Notes under the pieces: generated by a model | The model's input: only the letters and a program-made list of their open reading frames with translations | The model's database searches: none | What the model was told of the DNA's origin: nothing | Source of the DNA: Geopsychrobacteraceae bacterium | GTDB lineage: Bacteria; Desulfobacterota; Desulfuromonadia; Desulfuromonadales; Geopsychrobacteraceae | Length of the DNA: 64,000 nt | Direction of reading: 5' to 3' | Assembly (NCBI GenBank): GCA_963662315.1 | Contig: OY759353.1 | Coordinates: 1,216,001 to 1,280,000, forward strand | Shown here: positions 9,779-19,181 of the stretch, in pieces | Position numbering within the stretch: position 1 is the stretch's first letter | How the letters are laid out: each line of letters starts with the position of its first letter | Made by a program: the position numbers and the translations under genes

Positions 9779-10756
9779 ATGAAAAGAATCACCAAGCTTT
9801 TTCTAATGGTCATGTGTGCGTTACTTCTGGCTGCCCCCGCGTTCGCTGGTAAAGTTGTTTTGAAACTTGGCCACATTGCTGAGCCCGTGCATCCATACGG
9901 TAAAGGAGCTGACTACTTTGCCAAGCTGGTTGCAGAAAAATCAAATGGAGAAATCGAAGTTAAAGTATTTCCCTCCTCCCAATTAGGCGGGCAGAAAGAC
10001 CTTGTCGAGAGCATGGTTTACGGTGGCGTTGATATGGCTTTAGTCGGCACCGCAGTGCTGGGACAATTCCAGCCCCAAATTTCAATCTTTGACCTTCCCT
10101 TCCTGTTTAAAGACCGCGAGCACGCCTATAAGTCTCTTGATACCGTTGGCATGGACATCGGCAAGCCGCTGGAGAACCGTGGCATCAAGTTGCTGGGCTA
10201 CATGGAAAACGGCATTCGTCATCTGACCAACAACACCAGGGAAGTTCTCTCCCCGGCTGATATGACTGACCTGAAAATCCGCGTCATGAACAATAAAGTT
10301 TACATTGAAATGATGAAAGCATTGGGTGCATCACCAACCCCCATTGCCTTTGGTGAGCTCTATAGTGCTATGCAACAGGGTACCGTCGATGGCCAGGAAA
10401 ATCCCAGCGCTCATATCTGGACCAAACGTTTCTTTGAAGTCCAGAAGTATGCCTCTTTAACCGCCCATTCTTACTCTCCAGAGCCCGTGATTATGTCAAT
10501 GGTAAGTTGGAACCGCCTGAACGACAAGCAAAAAGACATTATCATGGAAGCTGCCAAAGAAGCCATCGCCTGGCAACGCCAAATCGCTACGGAGCAAGAT
10601 AAGGAATACTGGGACAAGATTAAAGCAACCGGCAAAATTAAAGTCACCGAAGTTGACCGTGCCCCATTTAAAGAAGCAACCAAATCGGTAATTGCCATGT
10701 TTGCGTCAAAAGTTGGCCAAGACAATCTCGATAAAATCGCGGCTCTTGCCGAGTAA
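9779..10756 (+). CDS. dctP: TRAP transporter substrate-binding protein (DctP family)
   Basis: Signal peptide ending AFA; FPSSQLG, FDLPFLF, ENGIR, KIRVM (carboxylate-binding Arg), ELYSAMQQGTVDGQEN. Confidence 0.95.
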   Translation: MKRITKLFLMVMCALLLAAPAFAGKVVLKLGHIAEPVHPYGKGADYFAKLVAEKSNGEIEVKVFPSSQLGGQKDLVESMVYGGVDMALVGTAVLGQFQPQISIFDLPFLFKDREHAYKSLDTVGMDIGKPLENRGIKLLGYMENGIRHLTNNTREVLSPADMTDLKIRVMNNKVYIEMMKALGASPTPIAFGELYSAMQQGTVDGQENPSAHIWTKRFFEVQKYASLTAHSYSPEPVIMSMVSWNRLNDKQKDIIMEAAKEAIAWQRQIATEQDKEYWDKIKATGKIKVTEVDRAPFKEATKSVIAMFASKVGQDNLDKIAALAE

Positions 10757-10764
10757 ACCTTCAA

Positions 10765-10793
10765 GCACAGGCAGTTGCGGTGACTGCCTGTGC
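10765..10793 (+). other. Stem-loop between dctP and dctQ
   Basis: gcacaggcagt-tgcggtg-actgcctgtgc; such hairpins commonly set the binding-protein to permease ratio. Confidence 0.6.
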
Positions 10794-10849
10794 AGAAAAA
10801 AACATCATTAAAGCGTCCCATCTGGTGAGCAAACCAAGAGAGCAAAATT

Positions 10850-11386
10850 ATGGATAAATTATTAAATAGCGTGCGCAAGAGTCTTTACTGGATTTCTGTC
10901 ATATCGATGATGGTTATGCTGTTCATTATTTTTTTTCAGGTTATCACGCGCTACGTATTCGGGCATTCGTTTGAATGGTCAGAAGAAATCGCAAGATTCC
11001 TGTTTGTCTGGGTTGTTTTTCTCGGATCAGCCCTGATTATGGGGGAAAGTGGTCATCTCGCCGTGCGCATGTTGCCGGAAAGATTAAAAGGAAAGACTGT
11101 TGGTTTCATGCTCGAAATTTTCATCAATTTCTGCAGTTATGCTTTTATCCTCTTGCTGATTATTCAAGGGGGAAAAATGACTCAGACCATGAGTTTTCAA
11201 ACCGCACCAGCGCTGGGCATCTCGATGAGTTGGGTGTACAGCATTATCCCTATCAGCGGCTTTCTGATGTTGCTCTATTTGATTAAGGATTCGATTAAAA
11301 TTGGCAAGGAGTTTATCTCTCATTTTCGTCAAAGAGAGAACACTGAAGAGTTTCAAACGATGGCCGCGAGCAAGCAGAAGGGATAA
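10850..11386 (+). CDS. dctQ: TRAP transporter small permease (DctQ)
   Basis: QVITRYVF..WSEEIARFLFVW..FLG..H motif; 4 TM segments. Confidence 0.93.
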   Translation: MDKLLNSVRKSLYWISVISMMVMLFIIFFQVITRYVFGHSFEWSEEIARFLFVWVVFLGSALIMGESGHLAVRMLPERLKGKTVGFMLEIFINFCSYAFILLLIIQGGKMTQTMSFQTAPALGISMSWVYSIIPISGFLMLLYLIKDSIKIGKEFISHFRQRENTEEFQTMAASKQKG

Positions 11387-11392
11387 TTAACT

Positions 11393-12667
11393 ATGGAACT
11401 TGCACTACTTGGTTCATTTTTTGGTATGACATTGATCGGGGTTCCGGTCGCTTTTGCCTTGGCCCTTTCTGTTGCCATCGTGCTGTTTGGATTTATGGAT
11501 ATGCCACTGGTCATGATCTCTCAGAATATATATTCCGGGATCGACTCTTTTTCATTCATGGCCGTCCCTTTCTTCATGCTCGCAGGAGCGTTCATGTCAG
11601 CGGGTGGAGTCACCTCACGACTGGTGAACTTCTCCCAGGCGATTGTCGGGTCTTTTACCGGCGGTCTGGCCCAGGCAGTCTGCGTATCTGGTATGTTTTT
11701 CGCTGCAATTTCAGGATCTTCTGCAGCAACAACCGCGGCCCTGGGATCCACCATGGTTGATCAGATGGAAAAGAAAGGCTATAACCGAGCGCTCGCAACC
11801 GGAGTTGTCGCTGCGGGTGGCACCGTCGGTATTGTTATCCCGCCATCCATCACGTTGGTTGTTTATGGTGTTATCGCAGGAATATCGATCGGCGATCTGT
11901 TTGTCGGCGGCTTTGTTCCCGGTATTATCATGGGACTCGTTATGTGCCTAGTCAGCTGGATTATTGCAAAAAAAGAAAAAATTCCAGCTGAAGGGGCATT
12001 CTCTATGGCCAACTTCATAAAGTCCTTTAAAGAATCTTTCTGGGCCCTGTTGACCCCAGTCATTATTATTGGCGGGATTTACGGTGGTATCTTCACCCCA
12101 ACCGAAGCTGCCGCCGTTGCAGCTGTCTACGGAATATTTGTTGGCCTTTTTATCTACAAAGAGCTGAAACTGAAAGATTTTCCGGAAATTATCTTTAAGG
12201 CTGTTATCGGCACAACGCTGATCATGTTTATCGTTGGTGCTGCTAAAGTTTTCGGCTGGGTCATGACCAGTCTGCAGATCCCTCATCATATTGGAGCCTG
12301 GGTTGTTTCATTGACCTCTTCACCCATCGTGTTCTTATTGATGATGAATATTCTGCTGCTGTTTATCGGTACAGTTATCAATGCTTCTGCCGCGGTGGTT
12401 ATTCTGACCCCCATCTTCCTTCCCGTAGCCACTCAGTTAGGTATTGATCCACTGTTTTTTGGCGTACTGATGGTTGTCAATCTGGCAATTGGCTGCATTA
12501 CCCCACCTGTTGGTCTCGACCTCTTCGTGGCCAGTGCCATTACCAAGGTCCCGCTCGAAAAAGTCATGCGAGCATCACTGCCGTACTTGTTTTCACTCAT
12601 AGCTTCACTGCTGTTGTTTACAATGTGTCCAAGCATTATTACTTTTCTGCCAAACTTGACTCATTAA
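11393..12667 (+). CDS. dctM: TRAP transporter large permease (DctM)
   Basis: AVPFF, ISGSSAA, IIPPSI-like, FTPTEAAA, ITPPVG motifs. Confidence 0.95.
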   Translation: MELALLGSFFGMTLIGVPVAFALALSVAIVLFGFMDMPLVMISQNIYSGIDSFSFMAVPFFMLAGAFMSAGGVTSRLVNFSQAIVGSFTGGLAQAVCVSGMFFAAISGSSAATTAALGSTMVDQMEKKGYNRALATGVVAAGGTVGIVIPPSITLVVYGVIAGISIGDLFVGGFVPGIIMGLVMCLVSWIIAKKEKIPAEGAFSMANFIKSFKESFWALLTPVIIIGGIYGGIFTPTEAAAVAAVYGIFVGLFIYKELKLKDFPEIIFKAVIGTTLIMFIVGAAKVFGWVMTSLQIPHHIGAWVVSLTSSPIVFLLMMNILLLFIGTVINASAAVVILTPIFLPVATQLGIDPLFFGVLMVVNLAIGCITPPVGLDLFVASAITKVPLEKVMRASLPYLFSLIASLLLFTMCPSIITFLPNLTH

Positions 12668-12725
12668 TCTCATTGGCTGAAAAGGCTCCCGCTTAATCAG
12701 CGCCAATACTCCTTTCTGATTTCAT

Positions 12726-12755
12726 GTCCGGACTCTATTTTATAAGAGTCCGGAC
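12726..12755 (+). terminator. Hairpin downstream of dctM
   Basis: 11-bp inverted repeat gtccggactct-N8-agagtccggac. Confidence 0.55.
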
Positions 12756-12949
12756 CGTCATCGCCGCCCTAATTAATATTTCTGATCCGCTATTCCTTAC
12801 GGCCAGGCAGTCCACGCATACAAATACAAACAATCACTGTCATAGCTTATAAAAATATGCTAGTTTTCAGGCCACAAAGAAACTTGTACCTTACAGTAAA
12901 TCTGGATACAGAATAATGATTATTTAAAGAAAAGAGCTGGAGATGTACC

Positions 12950-13282
12950 ATGAACACAAACCGTATTTCCGATGGAAATATTGAACGGTTAACCCCCGAC
13001 AAAACAAGAAGACTTATTTATACCGAAAATCTTATGATGGCCGTATGGGACTTTTTTGATGGTCCCTGGGATATGCCAGAAGCTCCTCACTCACATCCAC
13101 AGGAACAGATTGTCTATGTTGCAGAGGGAGCCGTTAACTTTAGTATCGGCGAAGAGACCTGCCGCTTAAATACCGGAGACACAATTGCCGTTCCTGGAGA
13201 CGTGCCACACAGCGTCCAGCTGCTGACGCCAAAAGTCAGGTTGATCGATACCTGGACACCGATTCGTAAAGATTTTCTTTAG
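12950..13282 (+). CDS. Cupin-domain protein (KdgF-like)
   Basis: HSHPQEQ..YV.EG and GD...VPGDVPHS cupin motifs; C-terminal D.WTP.RKDFL resembles the KdgF-type tail. Confidence 0.85.
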   Translation: MNTNRISDGNIERLTPDKTRRLIYTENLMMAVWDFFDGPWDMPEAPHSHPQEQIVYVAEGAVNFSIGEETCRLNTGDTIAVPGDVPHSVQLLTPKVRLIDTWTPIRKDFL

Positions 13283-13532
13283 GCATTGACCTTACGGATT
13301 GTTTTTGCGGAGCGCCCCTCCGAAACCCTGATGAGGAATTACGCAACAGCAATTCTTTTAATGCAGAGCTCTTTACTGCTGATTGTTCATCTTGCAGCTG
13401 CAGTTAAGAGCTTCGATTCTTGTCGTAGCGTTTTTAAATTTCTGGCCCCCCAAGTGTGACTTCCCAATCGCAAGGCACTTCAAACTTAAGGCCTGATAAA
13501 TATTTTCATAGCCAATAATCAACAGGAAAACC

Positions 13533-14468
13533 ATGAACAACCAAGCACCACGAAGTGCTGGCAGCAACCTTTTACCTTATCTGCTGCTTGCTTTCACGAA
13601 CCTGTTCTGGAGTTTGAACTTTATCATCGGCAAACTGGTTTCCGGTGTTATCCCTCCGACTACCATCAGTTTTTTTCGCTGGCTGTTGCCAGCTATTTTC
13701 TTTTTGGCCCTGAACTTTAAACAGATACGCGCCAACACCCAACTGATCCGCAGCAACATACCCCTTATGTTAGCGCTTGGGCTGACCGGCTACGCAATAA
13801 ATTCCATATGTGTTTATGAAGCAGTCTTTTATACATCAACGATTAACACATCCTTTATCAATGCTTTTAACCCGGTTTTAATTGCTCTTGCAGGGTTCAT
13901 CATGTATCGCTATCCGATAACCAGAAAACAGGTTTTCGGCTTTTTCCTGTCATTACTCGGTGTCGTCACCATTATTTTCAAAGGTGAACTGGAACGCATA
14001 CTACAGTTGCATATCAATATTGGTGATCTGTTCATGATTGGCAGTATCTGTTGTTGGGCCATTCATACTATTTTGTACAAAAAGAAAGGAGCAGCTTCAT
14101 CACTGCCTTCGCAAGTCTTATTCACCATGATGATGTGCAGTGGCGTTATCCTGACTATTCCATTTGTAATCTTCGAAAACAGTATATTGGGCTGGGAGTG
14201 GATATATAATATTCAGCTGCAACATATTCTTGGTGTGTTGGCGCTTAACATTTTTCCTTCCGTTCTGGCCTATACCTTCTGGAATCAGGCATTAACCCGC
14301 GTTTCCGCTAATGAAGTTGCCATTTCCCAATACTTAATTCCTGTTTTCACCACCCTTATTTCTGTTTCATTTTTGGGTGAACACTTGAAGAAATTTCATC
14401 TCTGGGGGGGAGTCCTTATTTTTCTAGGTGTGTTTCTCGTCACTATGGTCAGGCGTAAAAGGCACTAA
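13533..14468 (+). CDS. DMT/EamA family transporter
   Basis: FWSLNFI.GK..PP..FFRW; two EamA repeats, about 10 TM; GDL and LGE motifs. Confidence 0.9.
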   Translation: MNNQAPRSAGSNLLPYLLLAFTNLFWSLNFIIGKLVSGVIPPTTISFFRWLLPAIFFLALNFKQIRANTQLIRSNIPLMLALGLTGYAINSICVYEAVFYTSTINTSFINAFNPVLIALAGFIMYRYPITRKQVFGFFLSLLGVVTIIFKGELERILQLHINIGDLFMIGSICCWAIHTILYKKKGAASSLPSQVLFTMMMCSGVILTIPFVIFENSILGWEWIYNIQLQHILGVLALNIFPSVLAYTFWNQALTRVSANEVAISQYLIPVFTTLISVSFLGEHLKKFHLWGGVLIFLGVFLVTMVRRKRH

Positions 14469-14512
14469 CCATTGTTAGTGTTATTTTAATATTATTAGAA
14501 AGAGCACCTGTA

Positions 14513-15421
14513 ATGGCAGATATAGTCAATAATTTACTACCAATTTTTCTGATATTCCTTCTTGGCTATTTTTGCCAAAGAGTCGGTTTCTTAACCAAAG
14601 AGAATGCTGACCTGTTCCTGAAAACTTTTTTTTATCTTGTTCTTCCGGCCGTTGTGCTGCTTTCAATCTCTCAAGTGCAGCTAACTGTTCATTTGCTTGC
14701 TCTGCCGCTTATAACCATTATCGTGACGATGCTAAGTTATGCGCTGGCTAATTTCAGCCGTCGCTTTTTCAATATGCCTCCTAAAACTACCGGAGTTTTC
14801 CTGATCGGCTCGACCATTTTAAATGGTGCATTTGTGTATCCATTTATACTTGCAATATTCGAAGAGCAGGGTCTTGCAATCGCCTATCTTTTTGATTTCG
14901 GCAACGCTCTGGTGGCTTTCTCTTTCGCTTATTATCTGGCATGTCACTATGGTCACACAGGGTCCAGGTTGTCACGAAAGGAAATCTATAAAAAGTTCCT
15001 GTTATCCCCACCGCTTCTGGCCCTGTCAATGGCCGTCTTACTCAACGTCACCGGCGTCCATCTTCCTAAGGCCGGCTATGAATTTCTGCGTGCCCTAGGA
15101 GGAATGACGACCCCCCTGATAATGCTGTCCCTGGGCATTTACTTCAGCCCCAAAATTATCAACCCGGGGCCTCTCTTTACGGTGATCGGCATCCGGATTT
15201 TCGGAGGCTTGGTTATGGGCATTATCCTGACATATGTTTTTGGCTTCACCGGGACAAATAGAATTATTACCATTATAATGTCCCTGAGCCCGTCAGCTAT
15301 GAATACGCTTATTTACGCAACGCTGGAGGGCTTGGATAAGGAATTTGCTGCGAGTATCATCTCTTATACCACCCTAATCAGTATGGTATTAATATCAATC
15401 ACGATCCTTATACTTCAATAG
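14513..15421 (+). CDS. AEC (auxin efflux carrier) family transporter
   Basis: LLPIFLIFLLGY, N..F..P, SPP, PLIMLSLG; about 10 TM. Confidence 0.85.
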   Translation: MADIVNNLLPIFLIFLLGYFCQRVGFLTKENADLFLKTFFYLVLPAVVLLSISQVQLTVHLLALPLITIIVTMLSYALANFSRRFFNMPPKTTGVFLIGSTILNGAFVYPFILAIFEEQGLAIAYLFDFGNALVAFSFAYYLACHYGHTGSRLSRKEIYKKFLLSPPLLALSMAVLLNVTGVHLPKAGYEFLRALGGMTTPLIMLSLGIYFSPKIINPGPLFTVIGIRIFGGLVMGIILTYVFGFTGTNRIITIIMSLSPSAMNTLIYATLEGLDKEFAASIISYTTLISMVLISITILILQ

Positions 15422-15492
15422 AACTGCTCCTAATTGAAGCTAGACGGATTTTTAACAAACAACTTCAGGCCCGGCAGCAACCGGAGACAACT

Positions 15493-16413
15493 ATGCAGAC
15501 TCTTGCCACCATCGCTCCTATTTTTATCATTATCGCCCTGGGTTGGATCGCCGCACGTACAGGTCTTATGCCTGACACCCTTTTGGGACCACTGAATCGT
15601 CTGATATATTATTTTGCGATTCCGGCCTTTTTATTTCATGCCATATCGAATTTTCCTCTTGCACAGGGATTTAATGTTCAGGTTGTGGCAATCACTCTGG
15701 GTACTGTCATTGCTTTTTATCTTTGTGGATGGGCATTAACAAAAATTTTTCGCATTGCTCCGCAAACATCAGGAGCGACCATTCAATCAGCCTGCCACAG
15801 CAATGCCGGGTATGTCGGATTACCGGTTGCCTTCTACATTTTAGGGGATGCCGGTTTAGCGCAAGCAGGTATCATTTCCGGATTTTTAATGATCGCACAG
15901 AATGTGATGTCATCAACGATACTGCAATCCTACTCACAGGATAAATCTCTCAGTGGTCATTTTTCCATGATCATTCAATACCTTAAAAACCCTGTCATCA
16001 TCGGCTCATTGGTCGGCATAATCGCTTCAGGATTACAGATACCGGTTCCGAGGGTTATCGATCGCACACTTAACATGCTTGGGGATCTAGCACCTGCGGC
16101 AGCCCTGTTACTTATTGGTGCGTCATTATCCTTTCAAGCCATGAAATCGCGTAAAAGCATTATTATCATCACTGTTACCACAAAATTAATCCTGCTTCCC
16201 CTTGCAGCGTTACTGATTTTTAAGCTTTTTCATCTGGATTTAAAAATCTACCTGCCGGCTATTATTCTGCTGGCAACACCAACCGCAACCGTCGCCTATG
16301 TTATGTCAAAGCAAATGGGTTCAGACGCTGAAATTGCCGTGGCCACCATATCGGCCAGCACAATCATTTCAGCGGTCACTCTCCCACTCTGGTTAACTTT
16401 TTTGTCCGGATAA
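15493..16413 (+). CDS. AEC family transporter
   Basis: IAPIFIIIALG, YFAIPA, SNAGYVGLP, NPVI, ALLLIGA, KLILLP, PTA. Confidence 0.9.
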   Translation: MQTLATIAPIFIIIALGWIAARTGLMPDTLLGPLNRLIYYFAIPAFLFHAISNFPLAQGFNVQVVAITLGTVIAFYLCGWALTKIFRIAPQTSGATIQSACHSNAGYVGLPVAFYILGDAGLAQAGIISGFLMIAQNVMSSTILQSYSQDKSLSGHFSMIIQYLKNPVIIGSLVGIIASGLQIPVPRVIDRTLNMLGDLAPAAALLLIGASLSFQAMKSRKSIIIITVTTKLILLPLAALLIFKLFHLDLKIYLPAIILLATPTATVAYVMSKQMGSDAEIAVATISASTIISAVTLPLWLTFLSG

Positions 16414-16496
16414 TATCACTATCGTTTTACAATCATATTTTTGTCAGATTGTGCGTGTATAGTGTTCCTTGTTACATAGCTAACAAGGAGGGGGAC

Positions 16497-16916
16497 ATGT
16501 ATAAAAACATGCATATCAGCAGTATCAGCATCCTATTGTTGATTTTTATCAGCACAGCATCTTGGGCTGACACATTTCCTAATGCAGCTTTAGGTGCTGC
16601 GGATGAGTTTGTCGCAGCACTGGATATCGAAAATTATGAACAAGCCTATCATGATGCGGCACCACTGCTTCAGGCTCTAAAATCAAAAGAGAACTGGATT
16701 CAGGAAATCAAGCCAGTCAAAGATACTATGGGATCCGTGCTGTCCCGGTCTCTGAAGGCTATCAAGAAAACAGCTGCATACTCCGGATTGCCCGATGGCG
16801 ATTATGTTCAGGTATATTACGAAACCGAAATGGCTCACAAAAAGAAAGCAGCTGAAGTTGTGCTCACCTGTCAGACCGACGGTACCTGGAAAATTTGTTC
16901 CTATAGTTTAAAGTAA
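16497..16916 (+). CDS. Exported DUF4019-like protein
   Basis: Signal peptide ending SWA; GLPDGDYV..YET...KAAEV..DGTWKI.SY pattern; aaggagg RBS before ATG 16497. Confidence 0.7.
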   Translation: MYKNMHISSISILLLIFISTASWADTFPNAALGAADEFVAALDIENYEQAYHDAAPLLQALKSKENWIQEIKPVKDTMGSVLSRSLKAIKKTAAYSGLPDGDYVQVYYETEMAHKKKAAEVVLTCQTDGTWKICSYSLK

Positions 16917-17258
16917 TAAAGCCAAGGCGTCCTCAACAAGATTGGTTCATAACAGCCGACGGTAATATTCCATTCCACGCCTTGCTTTCCTGCCACTTTT
17001 ACTTTATTGCCCCCAGCTGCAGTCGTCTATAAGACTCTTAGCGTCCATAGCAATATCCTTCTCTGCAATGTCGCCTTAAATTGCCTGCCATGCCAGAAAA
17101 TCCAAACGCTTAAAAGCCTTTACACCAAACATTCGTTGTCTGCATGATCAAAAAATGTTAGGAGTATCAATGCGTAATTCGTGTTAAACTCGCAGAGCCA
17201 AAGTGCTTATTCAAATAAGTTCTGTATCTTCAATACTTTTTATCAATCGGTTTCATCT

Positions 17259-18068
17259 ATGAATAGCTGCAAACAGATCTTATGCATGAAATGGGGAACC
17301 ATGTACGGTGCGGAATATGTCAACTGTCTGCACTCCATGATCTCCAGAAACATATCCTACCCTTTTAAATTATTCTGCATGACAGACGACAGCCAGGGGA
17401 TTTTTCCTGAAGTCGAATGCCTACCACTGCCGCAACTAGGTTTTGAAGTCCCCCCAGAAGCCCCCGGAAAATGGCCCAAACAGGCACTGTGGGCCAAGGA
17501 TTTATTTGGACTCAAAGGAACAGCTCTTTTCCTTGATCTTGATTCAGTAATTGTCGATTCTATTGACTGTTATTTTGAATACGGGCGGGCCGAGGAGGTC
17601 ATTACGGCAAGGAACTGGATCAAACCATGGCAGCGGGGGGCTCAGACCTCCGTCTTCAGATTTCCGATTGGCAAGCATTCATATATGCTTGAAGATTTGC
17701 AAAACAATCCGGAGTTGTGCGTCAAATACCAGTTTGAACAAAACTACGTAACCCACCATATTAAAGGAGGAGTAAAATTCTGGCCATCCCGGTGGACAAG
17801 GCATTTCCGTAAACATTGTCTGGGCGCATGGCCGATGCGCTATATTAGACCGCCACAGCTACCAGCCAATTGCCACATTGTCACCTTTCCTGGCAGCCCC
17901 AATCCACCAGATGCAATTGCCGGTCGCTGGTCTGAAAAAAACGTTCCCCGCTCTCCATTTGAACATATAAAATATGCCCTATCGCAACCTACTTTTTCTA
18001 AACGCAGTAAAGAGCTACGGCGTTACGTACAACCCTGCGAATGGGTAGCCTCTCACTGGAAAATATAG
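17259..18068 (+). CDS. Putative GT-A glycosyltransferase (CxKWG..Y..EYVN family)
   Basis: CMKWGTMYGAEYVN.L..M, CMTDD, FLDLD (DxD), SVFRF, EQ, VTFPGSPNP; start taken at ATG 17259. Confidence 0.75.
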   Translation: MNSCKQILCMKWGTMYGAEYVNCLHSMISRNISYPFKLFCMTDDSQGIFPEVECLPLPQLGFEVPPEAPGKWPKQALWAKDLFGLKGTALFLDLDSVIVDSIDCYFEYGRAEEVITARNWIKPWQRGAQTSVFRFPIGKHSYMLEDLQNNPELCVKYQFEQNYVTHHIKGGVKFWPSRWTRHFRKHCLGAWPMRYIRPPQLPANCHIVTFPGSPNPPDAIAGRWSEKNVPRSPFEHIKYALSQPTFSKRSKELRRYVQPCEWVASHWKI

Positions 18069-18119
18069 ATCACATAAAACCAGTAATCAGTGTAAAAGTA
18101 TCTATTTCTGAGAACTCAC

Positions 18120-19136
18120 ATGAGAATAAAAACCGTTTGGATCATCAGCGAAGGAAGTCCAGGTCATATCAGCCAATCAGAGGGCTTGGTCTCTGGCATG
18201 GCGTCAATTGTCTCGCTGCAATCGATCAAGATTGAGGGACGTACAACGGTAAGAGGTTGGATCCGCCCGCTAATTCGCTTTTTTATGGGAAGAAAAGGAC
18301 GTGCTCTCCCAATTTTTCTATTAAAGCATATCAGTAATATTACTATTCCAGAATCTGCAGCAGAACCAGATCTTATCGTTTCGAGTGGAGGAAAGAGTGT
18401 CTTCGTTGCCAGAACATTGGCCCAGAAATATCAGGTTCCCTATATCTTTATTGGCGAACGTAAGCCTTACCCGGCAGAATGGTTTCATACCATCATAAGC
18501 CCGGTACCTGGAGAGTCATGCTACAACTCTATCGATGTTGAACTTATCCCCACCCCGGTAACACCTGATTTTATCGCTCAAAAAGGGACAACTGAAAAGA
18601 ATCTCTGGTGCATGATTATTGGTGGGTCGTCTAGAAGCAGAAATTTTTCAAAAGCAGACTGGATTGGACTGGCCGATGGAATGAACTCCCTCGCAAAGAA
18701 AAATAATATTCGTTGGTTGCTAACCACCTCACGTCGAACAGGCAAGGAGACAGAAGAACTTCTAAAACAACATATAGATTCTAATGTCCTTGTCGATGCA
18801 ATCTGGTGGCAAGACAACCCTAGGCGAGAACTTTATAACTTTATGGCAAGGGGAGAAGTGTTGTTCGTTACGCAAGACAGCCTTACCATGGTTACAGAAG
18901 CAGTTTCAACAGGAAAGCCTGTCATTGCAGTTCAACCAAACCTTATAGATGCAGATACTAACAACTTTTCTATCTCTTATTTTGAAAAATTAGAAAAGAA
19001 CAAGCGAATAGCTCAGTATGATTGCAATTCGTTAAAGAATTTTTCAATTTACAACCAAATTTTTTGTTTATTAAAGCAGCCCGCAGTTAAAGAAATCTCC
19101 ATGAAACTGCTCTCGAAAATACAAATATCAAACTAA
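18120..19136 (+). CDS. ELM1/GtrOC1-family putative glycosyltransferase
   Basis: SEGSPGH.SQ, IIGGSS, TTSRRT, VTQDS..MVTEA..GKPV. Confidence 0.85.
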   Translation: MRIKTVWIISEGSPGHISQSEGLVSGMASIVSLQSIKIEGRTTVRGWIRPLIRFFMGRKGRALPIFLLKHISNITIPESAAEPDLIVSSGGKSVFVARTLAQKYQVPYIFIGERKPYPAEWFHTIISPVPGESCYNSIDVELIPTPVTPDFIAQKGTTEKNLWCMIIGGSSRSRNFSKADWIGLADGMNSLAKKNNIRWLLTTSRRTGKETEELLKQHIDSNVLVDAIWWQDNPRRELYNFMARGEVLFVTQDSLTMVTEAVSTGKPVIAVQPNLIDADTNNFSISYFEKLEKNKRIAQYDCNSLKNFSIYNQIFCLLKQPAVKEISMKLLSKIQISN

Positions 19137-19181
19137 GAATTTGATTATACCCTATACATAAAATTAATAACTTACAATTTT

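Noticed and set aside
13308..13360. Hammerhead ribozyme-like words (cgaaac, ctgatgag)
   Set aside because: The elements are in the wrong order; no GAAA follows the putative stem II, and stems I and III are missing
16917..17258. Possible gene remnant in the 340-bp spacer before the GT cluster
   Set aside because: Only short interrupted frames, with no family similarity I can recognise
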